Shown here piece by piece: positions 1-9,145 of a stretch of DNA of 64,000 bases. A program made the translations under genes and the position numbers. Source of the DNA: Candidatus Poriferisocius sp. (GTDB taxonomy: Bacteria; Actinomycetota; Acidimicrobiia; Acidimicrobiales; Bin134); NCBI RefSeq assembly GCF_965204145.1, contig NZ_OZ241977.1, positions 2,655,811-2,719,810 on the forward strand, read 5' to 3'. Position 1 is the stretch's first letter. Each line of letters opens with the position of its first letter. The notes beneath the pieces were generated by a model, which ran no database searches, was not told the DNA's origin, and was given only the letters and a program-made list of their open reading frames with translations.

Positions 1-368
1 ACGCAGCGACGGGCCCATAGAGAACAGGGTGTCGGGATCGCAGAATCCGGTGACCCCGGCCATCAGCAGCTTCTGGAGATTCTGGGCGGCGATCAGCGCG
101 GCCAGGGTGTGGTCGCGGTGGAAGAACAGCTCATCGTTGGACTGCACGTCGTCGAAGGTGCAATGGACATGGGCGTCGATCAGACCGGGCATGACGGTGC
201 ATCCGGAGGCGTCGATGACTATGGCGCCGGGCTGATTGGCGCCTGCATCGGAGCCGACAGCGGCAATGCGGTCGCCTTCCAGCAGCACCGAGGCGTCGGG
301 TTGGGGTGGGGAACCGGTGCCGTCGATCACCGTTCCCCCGGTGATCAGGATGGGCGTCGGCTCAGACA
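1..368 (-). CDS. metal-dependent amidohydrolase, partial (C-terminal part lies beyond the left edge)
   Basis: Absent from the ORF track because it touches the edge. Manual translation from the ATG (reverse complement of 366-368) gives MSEPTPILITGGTVIDGTGSPPQPDASVLLEGDRIAAVGSDAGANQPGAIVIDASGCTVMPGLIDAHVHCTFDD... The 'PGLIDAHVH' HxH metal motif is typical of the amidohydrolase superfamily. Confidence 0.7.
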
Positions 369-384
369 TCGAACTCAGTCCCCT

Positions 385-1248
385 TCAGTCCCCCAGCAGG
401 GCCGCGGCGGCGTCCTTGACGGACATGCCCACCTCAACGCCTCGGTCGCGGGCCGGCTGGTTGCACGCGCTGATGATCCCCTCATCGTACGCCTTGAAAG
501 CATCGCCCACCGGGGCACTCCACGCATCGCAGCACGCACCGGCCAGTCCGTGGGCCTCGGTGATGGCCAACCCGGCGATGCCAGCGTCGTTCTTGCTGCG
601 GCCCCCGTCGGAGCAGATGAAGCCGTGGGGACTCACCTCCAGCAGGAAATCCGCTCCGCTGCGCCCAGTGTGGCCCGCAGTGACCAGCACGTTGCGGGAG
701 TCCTCGGGCAAGGCGAACACGATGGAGTCGGTAACCACGATCTGGCGACCGCTGTCGGTAGTGGCCTTGACCTCGCGGCGGATCTTGGTGCCCTCGTCCA
801 CCTCGCCGGGATCGTTGTTCAACAACAGCTTGGCTGCCTCGGACACCGCCATCCCCTCGACGACCCCGCAGCGCTCGGCGTAGATGTTGAGCCGGGAGAT
901 GACCCCGGTCTCGTACAGGTCGAGTCCGTTGCCCAGCTCGGCGCTCATCCCGTCGGCGGTGGCCGCGGGAACGCCGAGGGCCTCCAAGAACCACAGCCCG
1001 GAGATGCCCGCGCCGTCTTTTCCGATGCAGCCGTCGTGGCCGATGACCCCCTTCGGCCGGTGGGGGGCCATGAGCCGGGCGGGCAGCACGCCGAGATACG
1101 AAGACGGCACCACCACATCGGTGTCCCGATTGCGGGCGTCCACATACCGGGCCGAGTCCATGGTCACGATCCGGCGGTCGCCGTCGGTGTAGACCACCTC
1201 TTGGGGGTGGTCTTCTTCGTTGGCCAGCAGTGGGGCTTCTTCAGGCAC
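385..1248 (-). CDS. conserved hypothetical protein built from two homologous ~120-aa halves; paralog of 7243..8094
   Basis: 287-aa ORF. The two halves align to each other (VVVPSSYLGVLP...GVIGHDGCIGKDGAGISGLWFLEALGVPAA versus VLVTAGHTGRS...GFICSDGGRSKNDAGIAGLAITEAHGLAGA). It is clearly similar along its length to the ORF at 7243..8094. I do not recognise the family. Confidence 0.6.
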   Translation of the reverse strand: MPEEAPLLANEEDHPQEVVYTDGDRRIVTMDSARYVDARNRDTDVVVPSSYLGVLPARLMAPHRPKGVIGHDGCIGKDGAGISGLWFLEALGVPAATADGMSAELGNGLDLYETGVISRLNIYAERCGVVEGMAVSEAAKLLLNNDPGEVDEGTKIRREVKATTDSGRQIVVTDSIVFALPEDSRNVLVTAGHTGRSGADFLLEVSPHGFICSDGGRSKNDAGIAGLAITEAHGLAGACCDAWSAPVGDAFKAYDEGIISACNQPARDRGVEVGMSVKDAAAALLGD

Positions 1249-1302
1249 GATTCGACGTTACTCCTTGCTTTCTCCCGGTCTGTCCTCTCCAGTCTGTTGC
1301 CC

Positions 1303-2139
1303 CTACAGCCCGGTGCGGCCGGCTTCTCGGATCATGGGGGCGTAGTCGGCGAAACCGGGGGCGTCGGGGCGGGCGCCGGTGGTGAACCCGGCGTCGGTGG
1401 CCAGGGTGTGGCCGCTGGTGTAGCCCGACTCGTCGGAGGCCAGCCACAGGGCGGCGTTGGCCACGTCGGTGGCCAGGCCGGGGCGACCGATCAGCGGGGA
1501 GCTGGCAGTGAGCTCGGCCAGCGCGCCGTCCATGTTGGTGTGGTCGCCGGTATGGGCGAAGGCCACCATCGGGGTGGCCATGGACGCAGGGGCGATGCAA
1601 TTCACCCGGATGCCGAAGCGGCACAGCTCGGCGGCGGCGTTCTTGGTCAGGCCGACCACGGCGTGCTTGGCGGCGGCGTAGGCGTGGGGACCGAGGCCGC
1701 CCATCACCCCGGCGGTGCTCGACATGGAGATGATCGAGCCCGTCATCCGGGGCTTCATCACCCGGGCGGCGTGCTTGACGCCGTAGAACACCCCGTGGAG
1801 CAGGACGTCGATGCTGGCGTGCCATTCGTCGGCCGGGGTGGTGTCAACGGGCCCGACGGCGCCGACGATGCCGGCGTTGTTGTACATCACGTCCAACTGG
1901 CCGAACTCGGCCACCGCGGCGTCCACCAGGCCGGCCAAATCGTCTTCGGAGGTCACGTCGCAGTGGAAGTAGGCGGCGCCATCACCCAGTGAATCGGCCA
2001 GCGCCTGTCCGGCGGCGTCCTGGATGTCGCCTATGGCCACCTTGGCGCCCTCTTCGGCGAATCGCTCAGCCGCGGCCCGGCCGATACCGCTGGACGCCCC
2101 CGTGATGGCCGCCACCCGTCCGTCAAGTCGTCCGCTCAT
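1303..2139 (-). CDS. short-chain dehydrogenase/reductase (SDR)
   Basis: Contains the TGASSGIG cofactor motif, NNAG, and a YAAAKHAV catalytic Y-x3-K. The ATG at 2139 is preceded by AGGAGG, so it is preferred over the track start at 2172. Confidence 0.85.
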   Translation of the reverse strand: MSGRLDGRVAAITGASSGIGRAAAERFAEEGAKVAIGDIQDAAGQALADSLGDGAAYFHCDVTSEDDLAGLVDAAVAEFGQLDVMYNNAGIVGAVGPVDTTPADEWHASIDVLLHGVFYGVKHAARVMKPRMTGSIISMSSTAGVMGGLGPHAYAAAKHAVVGLTKNAAAELCRFGIRVNCIAPASMATPMVAFAHTGDHTNMDGALAELTASSPLIGRPGLATDVANAALWLASDESGYTSGHTLATDAGFTTGARPDAPGFADYAPMIREAGRTGL

Positions 2140-2189
2140 CGTTGCCTCCTGTGAATCGACTGCGCCCGGCACCGTAACCTGAGCGGCCT

Positions 2190-2699
2190 ATGGAGACCAG
2201 ATCAGAAGACAGCCAAACCCTCGACGTGGATCGAATCCAAGACCTCTTGGACCGCGAAGCCATCCGCCACATCCAGATTCGGTACGCCTGGAGCCTGGAC
2301 AACCACAACTGGGAGGCGCTCAAGGAGATCTTCTTGCCCGACGCGGTGGCCGACTACCGGGGCGAGCGGTTCGAGGGGCTCGAGGCCATCGTGGCCAAGT
2401 GCGCCTCCTCGCTGGAGCCAGCCGACGCCAGCCAGCACCTCAACGGCTGCCACTGGGCCCAGATCGACGGCGACAAGGCCATCGCCGGGTGCTACTTCAT
2501 CGCCACCAAGTACATCGCGGATGTCCCCGGCGGCGACACCTTCATCGTGGGCGGCAAGTACATCGACCAGATGGTCCGCACCCCCGACGGCTGGCGCATC
2601 GCCCACCGCCTCCTAGAGCAGACCTTCCTAGACGGCAACCCCGAAGTAGAAACCATCTCCCAAACCCGCTGGGCCACCCGCCAGCAGGATGGCGGCTAG
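2190..2699 (+). CDS. SnoaL-like / NTF2-fold protein
   Basis: 169 aa. The N-terminal pattern 'DRIQDLLDREAIRHIQIRYAWSLDNHNWEALKEIFLPDAV' is typical of SnoaL_4 (NTF2-like) domains. Confidence 0.6.
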   Translation: METRSEDSQTLDVDRIQDLLDREAIRHIQIRYAWSLDNHNWEALKEIFLPDAVADYRGERFEGLEAIVAKCASSLEPADASQHLNGCHWAQIDGDKAIAGCYFIATKYIADVPGGDTFIVGGKYIDQMVRTPDGWRIAHRLLEQTFLDGNPEVETISQTRWATRQQDGG

Positions 2700-2702
2700 C
2701 AG

Positions 2703-3683
2703 CTAGAGCCGGAGTAGGCGGGTGGCGTTGGTGTTGAGGGTTTGGGCTAGGTGGGTGACCTCGGGGCCGGTGCCTCGGTCCCAGCCGCCGAAGTTGGTGC
2801 CGTAGACCAGGCGGTCGGTGCCGTATTGCTCGAGGGCCAGGGTGAGCTCGGCGTCGCCGGTGATGTGGCAGTCGAACCACAGGCGGCTGAGGGCACGGTC
2901 GAAGGCGCCGGGTTCCTTGATCCATTCGGGGGAGGCGGGGCGGCGCTCGGCCAGCTTGCGGAGCTTGGACAGGATGACCGGGGTGGTGCCGCCGCCGTGG
3001 GACAGGCACAGGTCGAGGTCGGGGTGGCGCTCGGTGACCCCGCCGAACACCAGGGTGGCCACCGCCACCGTCTCCTCATAGGAGTACTCCAGCACCAGAT
3101 CGAGGTCCCAGCGACGCAGCCGGGGATCGAGCAGCGGGCCGTCGATGCCCGACTGGGTGGGGTGCAAGAAGTGGGGCACATTGAGCTCAGTACACAGCGA
3201 CCAGAGCTGATCCAGGGCCGGATCATCCAGCGGGGTGCCGAATTCGGTGCCGGTGTAGCCGGCCAGCAGGCCCAGCTCCCCTACCGCCCGCTCTAACTCA
3301 ACACAGGCCGCGTCGACGTCCTGCATGGGCAGCGCGGCCAATCCGACGAAGCGGTCGGGGTGAGTAGCCACCGCGGCGGCCAGGTCGTCGTTGTGGCGGC
3401 GGCAGAAGTCGATGGCCAGCTGCGGCTCGATGAAGTGCAGGTAGGTCAGCGGGTTGGGCGACAGAGCCTGCACCGAGATGCCCTGGGCGTCCATGGCCTC
3501 CAAGCGCATGTCCAGGTCGATGAACAGCGATCCCCGGTAGGCCACCCCGTCAAGCTGGTAGCCCCCCACCCGGAACCAGGGGGTGCCGTCGTCGTGGGCG
3601 CCGATCTCGGGGCCGCACGGCCCGGCCGCACCCATCGTGCCCTCCAACACGATGTGGGCATGGACATCAATAAGACCTGTCAT
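2703..3683 (-). CDS. amidohydrolase-2 family protein (ACMSD-like decarboxylase/hydrolase)
   Basis: 326 aa. It starts MTGLIDVHAHIVLEG (HxH), has a later 'FLHP' motif and ends '...YGTNFGGWD', which is the typical Amidohydro_2 layout. Confidence 0.75.
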   Translation of the reverse strand: MTGLIDVHAHIVLEGTMGAAGPCGPEIGAHDDGTPWFRVGGYQLDGVAYRGSLFIDLDMRLEAMDAQGISVQALSPNPLTYLHFIEPQLAIDFCRRHNDDLAAAVATHPDRFVGLAALPMQDVDAACVELERAVGELGLLAGYTGTEFGTPLDDPALDQLWSLCTELNVPHFLHPTQSGIDGPLLDPRLRRWDLDLVLEYSYEETVAVATLVFGGVTERHPDLDLCLSHGGGTTPVILSKLRKLAERRPASPEWIKEPGAFDRALSRLWFDCHITGDAELTLALEQYGTDRLVYGTNFGGWDRGTGPEVTHLAQTLNTNATRLLRL

Positions 3684-3734
3684 ATCAGTCCGCGTCCCTC
3701 ACATCGGTCCGCCGCAGGGCGGCGAATCACAGCC

Positions 3735-4469
3735 TCAACGGCCTTCCATGATCCCGTCGGCACCGGGCAGCCACGAGGCGACACCGGATATGGGGATGGC
3801 ACACACCACCGCCTCGGTGATCTCAGCCTCGGCGGCCCCGGCGTTGCGGGCGCCGTTGGCGTGGATGTTCACGAATCGACTGGAGAACTCCGCTGCGTTG
3901 ATGGTGCACAACAGCAACTCCACGTGCTTGGCGTCGAGCTTGTTCTCGGCCAGCGACCACTGCCGCATGAGCACATAGCCCTCCAGAGCCCGAGGGGCGT
4001 TGTCGGCCATCACCTCGATGTAGTCGGGCACAAACCCGAAGTAGCTCTGGAAGTAGTCCAGTGCGGCCTGCCGGTCGAGCGCGAAGTCGGGGATCGGCTC
4101 AGTGGACTGCTCGGCAATGGTGCCAAATGCCTGGTCGATGGCCCGAGCGAAGGCGTTGTAGGTGGCCTCGCCCCGGGAGATGAGCACGGCCAGCGACGCG
4201 CCTCGGGCGTCGCTCAGGGTGAGCCCCAGCTCGCGGGATCGGACCAGCTCGCGAACAGCCAGCTCCGGCTGGACCCTCACCGACGCCGCACACGCCATGT
4301 ACAGCGCCTTGGCCCAAGCCGGGCAAGCGCCGTCGCGGTCGGTCACATCGCGAATCCGGGCATAGCCCTCGGCGAACTTGGGAGAGATGGCGGCCAACTC
4401 GCCGCCAGCCAGAGCAGGGCTGCCCAGATCGCTGTGGACCGCGTTGTTGGACGTGGCTTGCATGGTCAT
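3735..4469 (-). CDS. carboxymuconolactone decarboxylase (AhpD-like) family protein, two-domain
   Basis: 244 aa. CMD-like helical segments are present ('KHVELLLCTINAAEFSSRFVNIHANGARNAGAAEAEITEAVV'). The assignment is by pattern only. Confidence 0.5.
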   Translation of the reverse strand: MTMQATSNNAVHSDLGSPALAGGELAAISPKFAEGYARIRDVTDRDGACPAWAKALYMACAASVRVQPELAVRELVRSRELGLTLSDARGASLAVLISRGEATYNAFARAIDQAFGTIAEQSTEPIPDFALDRQAALDYFQSYFGFVPDYIEVMADNAPRALEGYVLMRQWSLAENKLDAKHVELLLCTINAAEFSSRFVNIHANGARNAGAAEAEITEAVVCAIPISGVASWLPGADGIMEGR

Positions 4470-4522
4470 GGATTGCTACCTCCGTATGCGTTGTGAAACT
4501 TACAAGGCGAGCGTCGGGCAGG

Positions 4523-5281
4523 TCAGAGTTTGGACACTTCGCCCCCGTCGATCACGAAGCACGACCCGGTGACGAATCCGGACGCCTCCGATGCCAGATA
4601 ACACACCAGCGGTCCGAGCTCATCGGGCTGGCCCATACGGCGGACCGGGATCTTGCGCAGCCGCGCAGCCAGGGTGTCGGGATTGCCCAGCACCGCGGCC
4701 TGGGCGTCGGTTTCGAACGCACCGGGGGCGATCACGTTCACCCGGATGTCGTAGCGGGCCCACTCTCCGGCCAAGGCCTCGGTGAGCCGCAGCAGCCCGC
4801 CCTTGGAGGCCGAGTAGGCGGCCAGCGTTGGCTTGCCCTTGAGCCCCGATGTGGAGGCCACGTTGATGACCGAGCCGGGCTGGCCGGCGTCGATCCAGTG
4901 GGAAGCGGCCCGTCGGGCCAGCGCAGCCGGAGCGGCCAGATTCACGGCCAGCACTTCGTCGAACACGTCGTCGGGCTGGTCGACAAACTTGGCTGCGGGG
5001 GCGATACCCGCGTTGTTTACCACCGAGTCGAGGCGGCCGAACCGCGCAATGGCCTCGTCCACCAGGCCGGCCACCGCGGCCCGGTTCCGCATGTCGCACG
5101 GCACCGCGGCCACGCTGTCGCCCAGCTCGCTGGCCAGCGCTTCCAGAGCGTCAGCTGAGCGGGCTGCGGCCACCACTCGGGCGCCCTCGGCCACCATGGC
5201 CCGCACCGCGGCCTCCCCCAGCCCCCGGCTGGCCCCGGTCACCACCGTCACATGGCCGTCCAAGCCCCAGTCCACCGCCAT
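4523..5281 (-). CDS. short-chain dehydrogenase/reductase (SDR)
   Basis: Motifs VTGASRGLG, NNAG and YSASKGG (Y-x3-K), with a C-terminal 'GFVTGSCFVIDGG'. Confidence 0.85.
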   Translation of the reverse strand: MAVDWGLDGHVTVVTGASRGLGEAAVRAMVAEGARVVAAARSADALEALASELGDSVAAVPCDMRNRAAVAGLVDEAIARFGRLDSVVNNAGIAPAAKFVDQPDDVFDEVLAVNLAAPAALARRAASHWIDAGQPGSVINVASTSGLKGKPTLAAYSASKGGLLRLTEALAGEWARYDIRVNVIAPGAFETDAQAAVLGNPDTLAARLRKIPVRRMGQPDELGPLVCYLASEASGFVTGSCFVIDGGEVSKL

Positions 5282-5285
5282 GCCT

Positions 5286-6434
5286 CTACTCCTCGTCCGC
5301 CCGATCGGCCACTTCGTCGCACAGCCGGGTGGCGATGCCCAGCCGCAGCACCTCGGAGGCCCCCTCGTAGATCCGCATAGGCCGGGCTTGTCGGTAGTAG
5401 CGCTCTATATCGGAACCCCTGATGAGCCCCCATCGGCCCATCACCTGCACGCAGCGGTCCACCACCCGACTGGCGGCCTCGGTGGCGGCCAGCTTGGCCA
5501 GCGACGACCGGTCGAGGTGGGCCGATGGATCCTCGCGGGCAGCCTCGGCGGTGGCGTAGGCCAGCAGCCGGGTGGACTCCAGTTCGGCCCAGGAGTCGGC
5601 CAGCAGCCCCGCCACCGGCCCTAGCCGCACCAGCGGTCGTCCGAACTGCTCGCGTGTGGCGGCGTGGTTGGCGGCGCAGGTCAACGCCCCGTCCATGAGG
5701 CCGATGGCGGCTCCGGCCACCGAGATGCGGAACACCGACAGGGTGGCCAGCACATGTCGGAATCCCGCGCCGGGCTCTCCCAGGCGGGCGGAGGCGGGTA
5801 GGCGCACACGGTCGAAAGTCACCTCGCCCAGCACGTGGGGGGCGATGATCTCCGGGGAGGGCTCGATCGATACGCCGGGGGCATCGGCAGGCACCAGCAC
5901 CAGCGAGAACCTGTCCTCCTCTTTGGCCATGGTGGTGTAGAAGCCGGCCGCTCCCCCGTTGGAGATGAACGACTTGGTTCCGTTCAGCTCCACCTCGTCG
6001 CCGTTCGCCATCAGCGTGGTCTCGATGCCCCGCAGATCGGATCCGGCTACTGGCTCGGTGAGGGCCAAGGCGGCCAGCACCTCGGCATTGGCCACTTTGG
6101 GCAACCACTCCTCCCGCTGCTCGTCGGTGCCGGCCACCGCGATGGCGTAGCTGCCGATGCCCTGAAGGGCGAACAGCGAATCCAAGTGCGACGAGGCCCG
6201 CATCAACGCCTCCCGGGCCACGCACACCGCCAGCGGGTCCACCCGCTCGTGGCGACCGCCGTAGGCCGCCGGCACCATCAACGAGCACAGGTCGCTGCTG
6301 CGCAGCACATCCAATGTGGGCTGGTGGACGTGGCTGCACTCATCGGCCTCCGCGGCGAACCCCTCCACTTGGCGGGCCACCGCCCGGGCCTCCTGCTGGA
6401 TGGCCAGGATGTCAGGGCCAAGCTCGAACGCCAT
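5286..6434 (-). CDS. acyl-CoA dehydrogenase
   Basis: 382 aa. 'ALTEPVAGSDL', 'LNGTKSFISNG' and a C-terminal 'RIYEGASEVLRLGIA' are classic ACAD motifs. Confidence 0.85.
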   Translation of the reverse strand: MAFELGPDILAIQQEARAVARQVEGFAAEADECSHVHQPTLDVLRSSDLCSLMVPAAYGGRHERVDPLAVCVAREALMRASSHLDSLFALQGIGSYAIAVAGTDEQREEWLPKVANAEVLAALALTEPVAGSDLRGIETTLMANGDEVELNGTKSFISNGGAAGFYTTMAKEEDRFSLVLVPADAPGVSIEPSPEIIAPHVLGEVTFDRVRLPASARLGEPGAGFRHVLATLSVFRISVAGAAIGLMDGALTCAANHAATREQFGRPLVRLGPVAGLLADSWAELESTRLLAYATAEAAREDPSAHLDRSSLAKLAATEAASRVVDRCVQVMGRWGLIRGSDIERYYRQARPMRIYEGASEVLRLGIATRLCDEVADRADEE

Positions 6435-6475
6435 ACGATGCTGGACAGTATGCGGTACGGGGAAAGGACACCACC

Positions 6476-7246
6476 GTGAGCGACATCATCGTGGAGCGAA
6501 ACGACCGAGTCGTCTGGCTGCGGCTGAATCGGCCCGAGCGGCTGAACTCCTATGACCGCAACACGATCGACGAGATCATCGCCGCGTTCCGGGAGCACGT
6601 CGACGCCGGTGTGGTGGTGATCACCGGACAGGGGCGGGCGTTCTGCGCCGGGGGCTACCTGGCCAATTTGGCTGAGGCGAACTTCTATGAGCTGCGGACG
6701 ATGTTCTACGGCTCATTGGAGCTGTTCGACGCCATCCGCAATGCCCCCATGCCGGTGATCGCCGCGGTGAACGGCCCGGCCTTCGGGGGCGGCAACGAGC
6801 TGGTGGTGGCCTGCGACTTCGCCATCGCCGCGGAATCGGCCGAGTTAGGCCAGACCGGGGTCAAGGTGGGCAGCGCCCCAGTGCTGGGGGGCACCAATCT
6901 GCTGGCCATGACCATCGGGGAGAAGCGGGCCAAAGAGGTGGCCTTCCTGTGCCGCAAGTACACCGCAGAGCAAGCCTGCGAGATGGGGTGGATCAACGCG
7001 GTGGTGCCCGACGATGAGCTGGAAGACGAAGTGGGGCGCTGGTGTGAAGAGCTGCTGAAGATGAGCCCCCGCTACCTGGAGGCGGCCAAGATCAGCTCCA
7101 ACGTGTACTGGAACCAGCTTCGAGACAACATGGCCTCGGGACTGGGGATGCTGGCCCAGGCCATCGGGTCGCCCGACATGATCGAGGGGGCGACAGCGTT
7201 CATGGAGAAGCGCCGCCCGGAGTTCCCTCCCAGAACCGCCCGATGA
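6476..7246 (+). CDS. enoyl-CoA hydratase/isomerase (crotonase) family protein
   Basis: 'VWLRLNRPERLNSYD', 'GQGRAFCAGG' and 'AAVNGPAFGGGNELVVACDF'. A GTG start at 6476 behind a GAAAGGA Shine-Dalgarno is preferred, because the longer track ORF (6314) overlaps the divergent ACAD gene. Confidence 0.8.
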   Translation: MSDIIVERNDRVVWLRLNRPERLNSYDRNTIDEIIAAFREHVDAGVVVITGQGRAFCAGGYLANLAEANFYELRTMFYGSLELFDAIRNAPMPVIAAVNGPAFGGGNELVVACDFAIAAESAELGQTGVKVGSAPVLGGTNLLAMTIGEKRAKEVAFLCRKYTAEQACEMGWINAVVPDDELEDEVGRWCEELLKMSPRYLEAAKISSNVYWNQLRDNMASGLGMLAQAIGSPDMIEGATAFMEKRRPEFPPRTAR

Positions 7247-8094
7247 GCGCAGAAACCGACAAGCAGACCGAGGTGCTGGCCTCGGCCCGGGGCCGGGTGA
7301 TGTGCATGGACTCGGCCTACGACGTGGACGAGGCCAACCGGGACCGGGATGTGTGCGTCAACTCGTCGTATTGCGGCGTGCTGCCCGCCCGATTCATCGC
7401 CGAGCACCGGCCCCGGGCGGCCATCGGCATGGACTGTGGGATCGGGCCGGAGGGCTCGGCCATCGCCGGGTTGTGGTACCTGGAGGCCCTGGGCATTCCC
7501 GCCGCGGTGGCTGATGTGATGACCGCTCACTTGGGTGACGGGGTGCATCTCTATGAACATGGCGTGGTCAGCTTCGTCAACCAGCTGGCCCTGGACTGCG
7601 GCGTGACGGCGGGCATGGCGGTGCGTGATGCCGCCGCCGCGCTGCTGGACAACGACCCGGTGGCTGCCGCGGCGGCGGAGATCACCAACCGCACGGTGAT
7701 GGAGACCGCCCCCGACGGCCGCTGCGTGGTGGCGGCCGACTCCATCGCCTTCGGCACCAACGAGGACACCGACCGCAACGTGCTGGTCACCGCCGGCCAC
7801 ACCGGCCGCTCGGCGGTGCCCTACCTGCGCCGGTGCCGACCGTTCGGGTTCATCTGCTCCGACGGCGGCCGGGGCATGGACGACTCGGGCATGGCCGGGC
7901 TCACTATCGTGGAGGCCGACGGCCTGGCCGGCGCCACCGTGGACGCCCGCCGAGCCCGCATGGGCAGCGGCCTGTCCCACTACCACGACGGCATCATCTC
8001 CGCCGCCAACTCCCTGGCCACCGGTGCCGGCGTGGAGATCGGCATGCCCTGTCCCCAAGCCGCCAGCCTGCTCTTGAACCGAGCAGTGGCCTAG
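7243..8094 (+). CDS. conserved hypothetical protein, paralog of 385..1248 with the same two-half architecture
   Basis: 283 aa. It shares 'SSYCGVLPARF...AAIGMDCGIGPEGSAIAGLWYLEALGIPAA' and 'VLVTAGHTGRS...GFICSDGGRGMDDSGMAGLTIVEADGLAGA' with the other copy. Its start overlaps the crotonase stop (ATGA). Confidence 0.6.
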   Translation: MSAETDKQTEVLASARGRVMCMDSAYDVDEANRDRDVCVNSSYCGVLPARFIAEHRPRAAIGMDCGIGPEGSAIAGLWYLEALGIPAAVADVMTAHLGDGVHLYEHGVVSFVNQLALDCGVTAGMAVRDAAAALLDNDPVAAAAAEITNRTVMETAPDGRCVVAADSIAFGTNEDTDRNVLVTAGHTGRSAVPYLRRCRPFGFICSDGGRGMDDSGMAGLTIVEADGLAGATVDARRARMGSGLSHYHDGIISAANSLATGAGVEIGMPCPQAASLLLNRAVA

Positions 8095-8135
8095 CATGAC
8101 GAGCCGGTGACCACCGACTTGCGAACAGCACCCCG

Positions 8136-9125
8136 ATGACCGTCCTAGCCGCAGCCGACTTGCTGGCACAGTCGTCTGACGAATCGATCATCGACGAGGC
8201 CCTGACCGTGTCCGACTGGGTGCAGGCCGGGATCATCGTGGCGGCCTCAATCGTGGTGTCGGTGCTAGTCGCCCGCCTGGTGCGAAGAGTGCTGGTCCAC
8301 GTGGTGGGACCGGGCTTCGCCGCAATCGTGACCGCACGGCTGGTCGGCTATCTCCTTTTCCTGATCGGCCTGTTCTACGCGCTTACCAGCCTGGGTGTGC
8401 AGGTCGGACCGCTGATCGGCGCCATCGGGCTGGGCGGCTTGGTCCTGGCGTTGGCCTTGCAGAAGCTGGTGGAGAACTTCTTCTCCGGGCTGATCCTTCA
8501 GGCCCGCCGGCCCTTCAAGGTGGGCGATACGGTGCTGCTGGGCGACCATCTGGGCGTCGCCACCGACATCGACTCCCGCACCACCGTGCTGCGCGGCCTC
8601 GACGGATCGGCGGTGCGGGTTCCCAACAGCGAGGTGGCCGCCGGGCCCATCGTCAACCTCACCAACGAGACGTTGCGACGCAGCGAGCTGGAAGTAGGCG
8701 TGGCCTATGACACCAACCTGCAAGCAGCCACGCAGTGCCTGACCGAGGCGCTCGAACAGGTAGAGCGGGTGAGCGCTGAGCCGCCCGCACAGGCGCTGTT
8801 GACCCGCTTCGGATCGTCAAGCATCGACTTCACCCTGTACTACTGGCACGCCAGTGATGTGCCCACCGAGTTGGCCACCCGCCACGACGTGATCCTGTCG
8901 GTCCACCAGAGCTTCGCCGCCGCGGGCATAACCATCGCCTTCCCCCAGGTTGTGGTGTGGTCGGGCGACGGCGAGGACGACCAGCCCTACCAGGGCCGCG
9001 CCGGGATTATCACGGCGGGTCCGACACCGGGCACCCAGTCGAACATGCCCCCTGCTTTGGTCCGCCAACTCTCCCGGTGGCGGGTCCGCTCCGGCATCCT
9101 GCGCCGTTTCAACCCCGGCGACTAA
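8136..9125 (+). CDS. mechanosensitive ion channel (MscS family)
   Basis: N-terminal TM helices are followed by 'ENFFSGLILQARRPFKVGDTV...G.V..I..R.T.L...DG..V.VPNS', the MscS beta-domain signature. Confidence 0.8.
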   Translation: MTVLAAADLLAQSSDESIIDEALTVSDWVQAGIIVAASIVVSVLVARLVRRVLVHVVGPGFAAIVTARLVGYLLFLIGLFYALTSLGVQVGPLIGAIGLGGLVLALALQKLVENFFSGLILQARRPFKVGDTVLLGDHLGVATDIDSRTTVLRGLDGSAVRVPNSEVAAGPIVNLTNETLRRSELEVGVAYDTNLQAATQCLTEALEQVERVSAEPPAQALLTRFGSSSIDFTLYYWHASDVPTELATRHDVILSVHQSFAAAGITIAFPQVVVWSGDGEDDQPYQGRAGIITAGPTPGTQSNMPPALVRQLSRWRVRSGILRRFNPGD

Positions 9126-9145
9126 CTCCGCCCAAGCCGCGAACA

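Noticed and set aside
109-1992. 627-aa plus-strand ORF spanning the first 2 kb
   Set aside because: It is Gly/Ala/Arg/Val-rich with no motifs. It lies antisense to three well-supported minus-strand genes (amidohydrolase, the duplicated-domain protein and the SDR). This is a typical shadow ORF of high-GC DNA.
5248-6339. 363-aa minus-strand ORF overlapping the acyl-CoA dehydrogenase in another frame
   Set aside because: The composition is Arg/Gly/Pro-rich junk, whereas the ACAD frame carries all the family motifs.
7072-8169. 365-aa minus-strand ORF opposite the second paralog gene
   Set aside because: It is an antisense shadow. The plus-strand frame is supported by paralogy with 385..1248 and by coupling to the crotonase gene.
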